Shown here piece after piece: positions 1 to 4,799 of a stretch of 5,803 nucleotides of DNA. Made by a program: the position numbers and the translations under genes. The stretch lies in the IMG/VR virus record IMGVR_UViG_2537562152_000014, one strand, 5' to 3'. A model generated the notes under the pieces. It had not been told where the DNA came from. It made no database searches and saw nothing but the letters and a program-made list of their open reading frames with translations. Positions within the stretch are counted from its first letter, which is position 1. Each line of letters starts with the position of its first letter. The stretch comes from a virus (taxonomy: Duplodnaviria; Heunggongvirae; Uroviricota; Caudoviricetes).

Positions 1-287
1 CTGTGACTGCGCATACGGGCCACCAGCAGAGGCGGCATTGCCTTTTCGATCGCCGGTAACAGAGCCTGCATTTTTTCAACTGCATCAGGGGTGTCTTTCT
101 CTATCCAGCGGAAAATTTTCTGGGTATTGCGAGCCAGGGCTTCCGGATGGCTGTCGTCGTACAGTTCAGGAAACGTCATACCCAACTCAAAATAAGCCTG
201 GGTTATTCCAGCTGCCGGAACTTTTTCGCCATCAGGACGCGCCCAGGCATTCATCGCCATGCGGATGTGTTCATGCTTGATTTTCAT
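1..287 (-). CDS. YdaT-like / CII-position prophage early regulatory protein (partial; C-terminus lies beyond the window start)
   Basis: Minus-strand frame is open from ATG at 287-285 to position 1 (95 codons, no stop); it is absent from the ORF track because no stop falls in the window. Translation begins MKIKHEHIRMAMNAWARPDGEKVPAAGITQAYFELGMTFPELYDDSHPEALARNTQKIFRWIEKDTPDAVEKMQALLPAIEKAM. A G-run SD (GGGGGG, complement of 292-297) lies 4 nt upstream. The start overlaps the last 17 nt of the cro-like gene. The MKIKHEHI N-terminus and the position directly after cro match my recollection of Rac YdaT; this is not verified by alignment. Confidence 0.55.
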   Translation of the reverse strand, partial: MKIKHEHIRMAMNAWARPDGEKVPAAGITQAYFELGMTFPELYDDSHPEALARNTQKIFRWIEKDTPDAVEKMQALLPAIEKAMPPLLVARMRSH

Positions 288-513
288 GAATCCCCCCTTG
301 GTTAGAAGGCGGATTATGATCAGAATCGGGAATGACAACCGTCGGTATGTGTAACTCATATTTGAGCGCCCCGGCAGTGACTGCCTGAATTAGCAACGCC
401 CATTTCCACGGAACGTCTTCCCCCCACATGCTGACTGTGGTTTTTGACGTTCCTAGAGCGGCGGCTGTTTTAACAACTCCGCCAAAATAGCCTAATACTT
501 CTGATTTTTTCAT
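271..513 (-). CDS. Cro-like HTH transcriptional regulator (DicC/YdaS-like)
   Basis: ORF-track ORF 271..561 trimmed to the ATG at 513-511, which has a GGAG SD 6 nt upstream; the upstream ATGs at 561 and 525 have none. The 80-aa product MKKSEVLGYFGGVVKTAAALGTSKTTVSMWGEDVPW... has an HTH-like core and the LxYFGG opening typical of DicC/YdaS-type Cro proteins. It is divergent from the CI-type gene, the classic genetic-switch layout. Confidence 0.7.
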   Translation of the reverse strand: MKKSEVLGYFGGVVKTAAALGTSKTTVSMWGEDVPWKWALLIQAVTAGALKYELHIPTVVIPDSDHNPPSNQGGIHENQA

Positions 514-604
514 GAGTCGCTCCATAAAACTGAACGCCAAAAGTTTAATAATCAAAACCAAAGAAAGTCAAGAAACAAAACCATCTGTGTTTTAAAATCA
601 AAAC
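514..604. promoter_or_regulatory. Divergent promoter/operator region between cro-like and cI-like genes (OR/PR/PRM analogue)
   Basis: 91-bp AT-rich intergenic between divergent repressor genes. CAAAAC occurs three times at 23-bp spacing (553-558, 576-581, 599-604) within longer related units (550-559, 573-582, 596-604). An inverted repeat TGTTTT-N6-AAAACA at 588-605 overlaps the cI start codon. A candidate -10 TAAAAT (593-598) sits 6 nt before the cI ATG. A candidate minus-strand promoter for cro has -35 TTGACT (complement of 566-571) and a -10-like TATTAA/TTAAAC (complement of 543-550). Confidence 0.5.
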
Positions 605-1243
605 ATGAACAAGCAAACAATATCTGAACGCATAACCCAACGTATGCATGCGCTAAACTTGAAAGGCAAAGACCTTGTCAATGCCACTGGCGCATCAAAA
701 GGCTCCGTAAGTCAATGGATGAACGGTGGAGGAGCGCCGTCCTCGCGTTACATAAGTTCACTGGCAAAGATATTGAAAGTAAACGAAAATTGGCTTCTTA
801 ATGGAGGAGAGTTAAATACAGGTGATTCGCTTGATCTATCTTTACCGCCGATAAAAACGGTTCCGCTACTATCACTTCAGCAGGCAGCAAGCTGGAGTGA
901 TTATATGAAAAATTCCTCAATAACCTCTTGTGTGCAGCTTGTCGGAGAAATCCCGGCCAATACCTTTGCTGTTGTTCTAGAGAGTGACAGTATGTCGACA
1001 TCTGGTGGTGGAGTTTCCATCCCAAATGGTTCAACAGTTTTTGTTGATCCCGATCGAATCGTACAACCAGGAAATATTGTCCTTGCCTTACCCAAAGGGA
1101 CCACAACGCCTGTCATTCGCAAACTGGAGATAGAAGGGCCGGATATTCTTTTAGTCCCCACGAATCCTCGCTACCCTTCAATTATGCTGGATGATCTATC
1201 TTGCATATTGGGAGTATGCTTTAAAATTCAACAAGATATTTAA
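605..1243 (+). CDS. CI-type prophage repressor: N-terminal HTH domain plus C-terminal LexA-like S24 autopeptidase domain
   Basis: 212-aa ORF. The N-terminal segment (ISERITQRMHALNLKGKDLVNATGASKGSVSQWMNGGGAPS) has an XRE-type HTH pattern. The C-terminal part carries the S24 catalytic signature: Ser in ESDSMS and a Lys about 40 residues later in VIRKLE. An in-frame TAA at 593-595 leaves 605 as the first possible start, and no SD precedes it. Confidence 0.85.
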   Translation: MNKQTISERITQRMHALNLKGKDLVNATGASKGSVSQWMNGGGAPSSRYISSLAKILKVNENWLLNGGELNTGDSLDLSLPPIKTVPLLSLQQAASWSDYMKNSSITSCVQLVGEIPANTFAVVLESDSMSTSGGGVSIPNGSTVFVDPDRIVQPGNIVLALPKGTTTPVIRKLEIEGPDILLVPTNPRYPSIMLDDLSCILGVCFKIQQDI

Positions 1244-1307
1244 CCAACCTCATCTATTTGATTAACTGTATGCCATCGTAGTGATGGCGTAACAGCTGCC
1301 TGCTTAA

Positions 1308-1356
1308 AATGTTTTGATAAAAAAACATTGACCTTAAATGTTCGTTTTTCTAAACT
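1308..1356 (+). promoter_or_regulatory. PL-like promoter of the early-left (ydfA-dicF-dicB) operon with an overlapping operator palindrome
   Basis: -35 TTGACC (1328-1333), 17-bp spacer, -10 TAAACT (1351-1356). A perfect 8-bp inverted repeat AATGTTTT (1308-1315) / AAAACATT (1322-1329) with a 6-bp spacer overlaps the -35, and a further AATGTT half-site lies at 1337-1342. The core TGTTTT-N6-AAAACA is the same as the palindrome at 588-605. Confidence 0.45.
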
Positions 1357-1535
1357 TCATTCATTCCCTCACCCCGCCCCACAGAATGCAGGGCAATACT
1401 TCGAGTTACCAGGCAGTGGTCAGGGGTTAAGTAGCCAGCCCGAGGCGTAAGAACATGACGGCAGGGTTCAACTTTAATAACTATGCAGCAGGTTTTTGTT
1501 CCGCTACCCCGGCGTTAAGGGGAAATGAGGTCAAC

Positions 1536-1688
1536 ATGGATACGCTCAATCTTGGCAACAACGAATCTCTGGTATGTGGCGTGTTCCCCAACCAGGACGG
1601 TACGTTCACCGCGATGACGTATACCAAAAGCAAAACGTTTAAAACTGAAGCTGGCGCGCGTCGCTGGTTAGCCAGAAACACTGACTGA
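1536..1688 (+). CDS. ydfA: DUF1391-family small prophage protein (YdfA-like)
   Basis: 50-aa product MDTLNLGNNESLVCGVFPNQDGTFTAMTYTKSKTFKTEAGARRWLARNTD from ATG 1536 with GAGG SD (1527-1530) 5 nt upstream. The ORF track extends it to 1455, but that start has only a weaker, more distant GAGG. Size and position (first gene after the repressor, in the dicB operon) match my recollection of K-12 ydfA. The stop overlaps the next gene's RBS. Confidence 0.6.
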   Translation: MDTLNLGNNESLVCGVFPNQDGTFTAMTYTKSKTFKTEAGARRWLARNTD

Positions 1689-1699
1689 TGAGGTTGACG

Positions 1700-2338
1700 A
1701 TGGAATTTAAAGATTTACCTCCTTCAATCCAGGAGATTGCAGCACACACACTTCGTCATCGTCTGAACGAACTTGAATTGGAATCGGTAACGAAAAAAGA
1801 CACTGATAATATGGCTCGTAATGTGCGCGATGCGTTTACCGGATTGTATTTCTGTGCGTCTATAAATAAACACGACTCAGAGAGTGTGGCAAATAAAATT
1901 GCAGAAACGACAGCGCAAAACATCAATACGAAACCAACGGAAGAAGAAATTGATCAGTTTGCTCATGATGCTGGTTTAAAAAACAAGAAAGAAAAATCGC
2001 CATATGCGGGGAACATGTTTGTTTATGACAATCTCATCAGAATTCGTGGCGAAATTCCGGCGGAATACCTGGCAAGAGTCCATCAGGCATTGCTTAAAAA
2101 TTTGGAAACAGAATTATTTGATGGCAACACTAACGGTTTCTTCATGGTATCAGGCCTTGAGAAAGACTGGGATGCAGAAAAACGCTGGAATGTTGCTACA
2201 TGGTTATTCAGTAACAGAGCCGCTGCACTGGAAGCTTCGGCATGTATTTGCGGCCTGTTCTTAACAGACCACAAATATAATCTGGATGTGTACAGTTATA
2301 TTTACGCTGAACACGGTCCACTCTGGATTGACTGGTAA
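1700..2338 (+). CDS. Hypothetical protein (212 aa), unrecognised cargo gene in the early-left operon
   Basis: Long ORF; start set at ATG 1700 (MEFKDLPPSIQ...) because GAGG (1690-1693) lies 6 nt upstream, whereas the ORF-track start at 1688 has no SD. No recognisable catalytic motif or TM segment. Sampled 60-nt stretches are about 37-40 percent GC, against about 50-63 percent in the right-hand part of the window. Confidence 0.65.
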   Translation: MEFKDLPPSIQEIAAHTLRHRLNELELESVTKKDTDNMARNVRDAFTGLYFCASINKHDSESVANKIAETTAQNINTKPTEEEIDQFAHDAGLKNKKEKSPYAGNMFVYDNLIRIRGEIPAEYLARVHQALLKNLETELFDGNTNGFFMVSGLEKDWDAEKRWNVATWLFSNRAAALEASACICGLFLTDHKYNLDVYSYIYAEHGPLWIDW

Positions 2339-2548
2339 TTATAAGGAAACACCAGCAGGGCCGCGGCGACCAACAGAACGATTAAAATCAATAATGCCAT
2401 TATAAAGGACATTATTTAATTTATCGTCGAATGCTGATTCTGTGAGCCTCAACTCTGAATGAGTTTTTAATAACCCTGATTGCCTGAGTTGATTTACCAG
2501 GCATTCAATCTGTTTTTCAATAAGCGGATTTCTTTTTTTGTTTGGCAT
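2339..2548 (-). CDS. Hypothetical small protein (69 aa), convergent with the 212-aa gene
   Basis: The minus-strand ORF 2339..2560 contains an internal ATG at 2548-2546 preceded by a perfect GGAGG (complement of 2554-2558) with a 5-nt spacer, so the SD-supported product is MPNKKRNPLIEKQIECLVNQLRQSGLLKTHSELRLTESAFDDK... Its stop codon (2341-2339) directly abuts the stop of the plus-strand 212-aa gene (2336-2338). No family recognised. Confidence 0.5.
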   Translation of the reverse strand: MPNKKRNPLIEKQIECLVNQLRQSGLLKTHSELRLTESAFDDKLNNVLYNGIIDFNRSVGRRGPAGVSL

Positions 2549-2885
2549 TTTATCCTCCATTGAGGTTCTGGGTTAAAAATGGAGACCAACACGCTGTCAC
2601 GTGTGGTCGTGCGCCGGACACGGATAAGAATCCGGTACTGACAGTTTACTGAAAGGATATTTCCCTGAAAAGTCAGTGCATAACGCGAAAGCGTACGGCG
2701 AAGCTCTTTCCCTTAGAAGGCTTGTCGTTAGATTTCTTCGAACGTGCGCTTCCGGTTGTGGCACTCCGCGAAATGGCGCGGCGGTAAGTATGGCGGGGTT
2801 ATTCCTTCCCCATTGAGGACACCGGGTTGTCAGGTTGACCATACGCTTAAGTGACAACCCCGCTGCAACGCCCTCTGTTATCAAT

Positions 2886-2938
2886 TTTCTGGTGACGTTT
2901 GGCGGTATCAGTTTTACTCCGTGGCTGCTCTGCCGCCC
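2886..2938 (+). ncRNA. dicF: DicF small regulatory RNA (ftsZ translation inhibitor)
   Basis: TTTCTGGTGACGTTTGGCGGTATCAGTTTTACTCCGTGGCTGCTCTGCCGCCC is near-identical to the 53-nt DicF sequence of E. coli K-12 as I recall it, with possibly one substitution. It is followed by a T-run (2939-2943) and lies immediately upstream of dicB, as in the K-12 dicB operon. Confidence 0.75.
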
Positions 2939-2943
2939 TTTTT
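2901..2943 (+). terminator. DicF 3' stem-loop / intrinsic terminator-like hairpin with T-run
   Basis: GGCGG (2901-2905) can pair with CCGCC (2933-2937), enclosing an internal structure, and is followed by TTTTT (2939-2943). Transcription must read through at some frequency because dicB lies downstream. Confidence 0.5.
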
Positions 2944-3112
2944 AAAGTGAATTTTGTGATGCGGTGAATGCGGCTAAGCGCACGCGGAACAGTTAAAACC
3001 AAAAACAGTGTTATGGGTGGATTCTCTGTATCCGGCGTTAATTGTTAACTGGTTAACGTCACCTGGAGGCACCAGGCACTGCATCACAAAATTCATTGTT
3101 GAGGACGCGATA

Positions 3113-3301
3113 ATGGAAACGTTATTACCAAACGTTAATACGTCTGAAGGTTGTTTTGATATTGGTGTTCTGCTCAGTAACCGGGAGTTTACTGAAGATG
3201 CCATTAACATGAGGAAATATGAGCCTTATCTGCTCAATGATAATTCCATACTTTCCCGAATTGCTCTTCTTGAACTTGGTATTTTCGGAGAACGTCAATG
3301 A
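3113..3301 (+). CDS. dicB: DicB-like cell division inhibitor (MinC-dependent FtsZ-ring inhibitor)
   Basis: ORF-track ORF 3008..3301 trimmed to ATG 3113, which has GAGGA (3101-3105) 7 nt upstream. The 62-aa product METLLPNVNTSEGCFDIGVLLSNREFTEDAIN... matches the N-terminal half of K-12 DicB (MKTLLPNVNTSEGCFEIGV...) as I recall it, with a more divergent C-terminal half. It sits directly downstream of DicF. Confidence 0.85.
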   Translation: METLLPNVNTSEGCFDIGVLLSNREFTEDAINMRKYEPYLLNDNSILSRIALLELGIFGERQ

Positions 3302-3486
3302 CTTCAGCATTTGCACTGATGATGACGGTTTTTCTTATAACGGGTGAATCACAGAATGTGATTACCGGAATTTATGCCAGTAAAGAATCCTGCCTCCAGG
3401 CAAGAGACGAGCAAAAAATTTCTGGTGAATGCCTCCCGGTAAAAAAAGTATCGCTGTACCTGAATAACGAAACACCGGCTGGATAA
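3298..3486 (+). CDS. ydfD: YdfD-like small membrane (lysis-type) protein
   Basis: 62-aa ORF whose ATG (3298-3300) overlaps the dicB stop (3299-3301) as ATGA, suggesting translational coupling. It has an N-terminal hydrophobic segment SAFALMMTVFLITG. Size and position immediately after dicB match K-12 ydfD as I recall it. Confidence 0.6.
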   Translation: MTSAFALMMTVFLITGESQNVITGIYASKESCLQARDEQKISGECLPVKKVSLYLNNETPAG

Positions 3487-3578
3487 CCCTCCAGCCATAT
3501 TAACACCATACCAACGGATTAAAAATGCCAGCAATGGCAGGGATTTGTTCACCCTTAAATCTGTAATGAGGTTTATCA

Positions 3579-4796
3579 ATGAGCACTGATAAAGAAGAAT
3601 TTGCGCTATATTGCGAAGCAAAAAATGACAAAGTCAGAAAACGTCTGGGAATTAAAGGTGGTTTTTACTGGACTACAGCAAAAAAATTATCTGTTGCCAT
3701 CTCCCGCTGCATTACCGCAATGGATGACAACGATTATGATGAAGACGACTTTAAAAAACCCGTTCGCGTCCATTTACCCGTTGTGAATGACCTTCCACCT
3801 GAAGGCGTGTTTGATACCGAATTCTGCAACCGATACGAAAAAGGCGGGGAAGATGGCATTACAATGGTATTTATCGCGCCCTCTCCCTCCGTGCAGGAGA
3901 AACCAGCCAGTACTGACAATACCAACGTCAACGGCGAAGACATGACGGAGATTGAGGAGAATATGCTCCTGCCGGTTTCTGGTCAGGAGCTGCCCATTCG
4001 CTGGCTTGCGCAACACGGCAGCGAAAAACCAGTAACGCACGTTGCACGGGAAGAACTTCAGGCATTACATATAGCACGGGCGGAAGAACTGCCGGCTGTT
4101 ACTGCCCTGGCCATTTCTCACAAAACAAAGCTGCTCGACCCGCTGGAGATTCGCGACCTTCACAAACTGGTACGCGACACTGACAAAGTTTTCCCTAATC
4201 CCGGTAATTCAGACCTGGGACTGATAACTGCTTTTTTCGAGGCATACCTGGACGCTGACTACACTGATCGGGGTCTGCTGACAAAAGAGTGGATGAAAGG
4301 AAATCGTGTTTCGCGTATCACCCGTACGGCTTCCGGTGCAAATGCCGGTGGCGGGAACAAAACCGATCGCAATCCGAATTTAGTACACACCTTCGATACG
4401 CTGGATGTGGAGATTGCAGCAGCCACACTTCCGATGGATTTTAATATTTATGAAATTCCGGGCAGCGTTTATCGTCGCGCAAAAGAAATCGTCCTGAAAA
4501 GAGAAAGTCCGTTCAAAGAATGGTCCGCAGCACTTCGCGCAACCCCGGGTATTCTGGACTATTCCCGCGCCGCTATTTTTGCACTTATCCGGAGCGCTCA
4601 CCCTGAGTTTTATCACTACCCGGGACGCCTTCAGGGGTATATCAACGCCTACTTAACGGAGACTGATCACGAGAACCCCAGCAAGGAAACTCTCACTGCT
4701 GCACGACATACACCGGAAAAAGATTCTGCAAAAACTTTTGTTCAGGAGACGCTGAAAGATACCTGGGAGTCTGCTGACGAGTGGTTTGTTCGCTAA
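3579..4796 (+). CDS. Hypothetical prophage early-left protein (405 aa), possibly an intact homologue of the gene after ydfD in Qin-type prophages
   Basis: Long ORF with GAGG (3568-3571) 7 nt upstream of the ATG. It contains an acidic patch ([10 protein letters not shown]) and a Gly-rich segment ([15 protein letters not shown]), with no TM segment. Sampled stretches are about 50 percent GC. Function not recognisable. Confidence 0.7.
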   Translation: MSTDKEEFALYCEAKNDKVRKRLGIKGGFYWTTAKKLSVAISRCITAMDDNDYDEDDFKKPVRVHLPVVNDLPPEGVFDTEFCNRYEKGGEDGITMVFIAPSPSVQEKPASTDNTNVNGEDMTEIEENMLLPVSGQELPIRWLAQHGSEKPVTHVAREELQALHIARAEELPAVTALAISHKTKLLDPLEIRDLHKLVRDTDKVFPNPGNSDLGLITAFFEAYLDADYTDRGLLTKEWMKGNRVSRITRTASGANAGGGNKTDRNPNLVHTFDTLDVEIAAATLPMDFNIYEIPGSVYRRAKEIVLKRESPFKEWSAALRATPGILDYSRAAIFALIRSAHPEFYHYPGRLQGYINAYLTETDHENPSKETLTAARHTPEKDSAKTFVQETLKDTWESADEWFVR

Positions 4797-4799
4797 TTA

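Noticed and set aside
38-280. Plus-strand 80-aa ORF
   Set aside because: Low-complexity, Pro/Ser-rich translation with no SD; it lies antisense to the well-formed minus-strand YdaT-like reading frame, so it is most likely a shadow ORF.
514-561. N-terminal extension of the cro-like ORF (track start at 561, alternative ATG at 525)
   Set aside because: Neither upstream ATG has an SD, while the ATG at 513 has GGAG at the optimal distance; the extension would also run through the predicted promoter/operator.
798-1161. Minus-strand ORFs 798..1106 and 901..1161
   Set aside because: Fully embedded antisense within the CI-type repressor gene, which has clear domain signatures; no RBS.
1455-1535. Longer 77-aa version of the DUF1391 gene starting at 1455
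   Set aside because: Not fully excluded, but the internal ATG at 1536 has a better-placed SD and gives the roughly 50-aa size typical of YdfA-like proteins; the minus-strand ORF 1481..1681 is an antisense shadow.
2004-2274. ORFs 2004..2264 (+) and 2083..2274 (-)
   Set aside because: Alternative-frame and antisense ORFs nested inside the 212-aa gene; no independent signals.
2305-2400. Alternative-frame minus-strand 32-codon ORF encoding a strongly hydrophobic peptide (MALLILIVLLVAAALLVFPYNY...), reminiscent of type I toxins
   Set aside because: No SD upstream of its ATG, and it overlaps both the 69-aa gene (different frame) and the 3' end of the 212-aa gene. Hydrophobic stretches arise easily in off-frames of T-rich sequence. 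Kept only as a note; it could matter if the 69-aa ORF turns out to carry a frameshift.
2597-2884. Minus-strand 95-aa ORF
   Set aside because: No RBS and a compositionally odd translation; it lies in the GC-rich structured non-coding region and ends at the DicF 5' end, so it is more plausibly non-coding.
3008-3112. N-terminal extension of the dicB ORF (97-aa version)
   Set aside because: DicB family proteins are about 62 aa and start at METLLPNV; an SD precedes ATG 3113, and the extension would overlap the DicF-dicB spacer elements.
2974-3621. Minus-strand ORFs 2974..3210, 3125..3316 and 3349..3621
   Set aside because: Antisense to dicB, ydfD and the start of the 405-aa gene; no RBS; AT-rich shadow ORFs.
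3601-4616. ORFs 3601..3786 (+), 3734..3943 (-), 3774..4040 (-) and 4380..4616 (-)
   Set aside because: All nested within the 405-aa gene in other frames or on the other strand.
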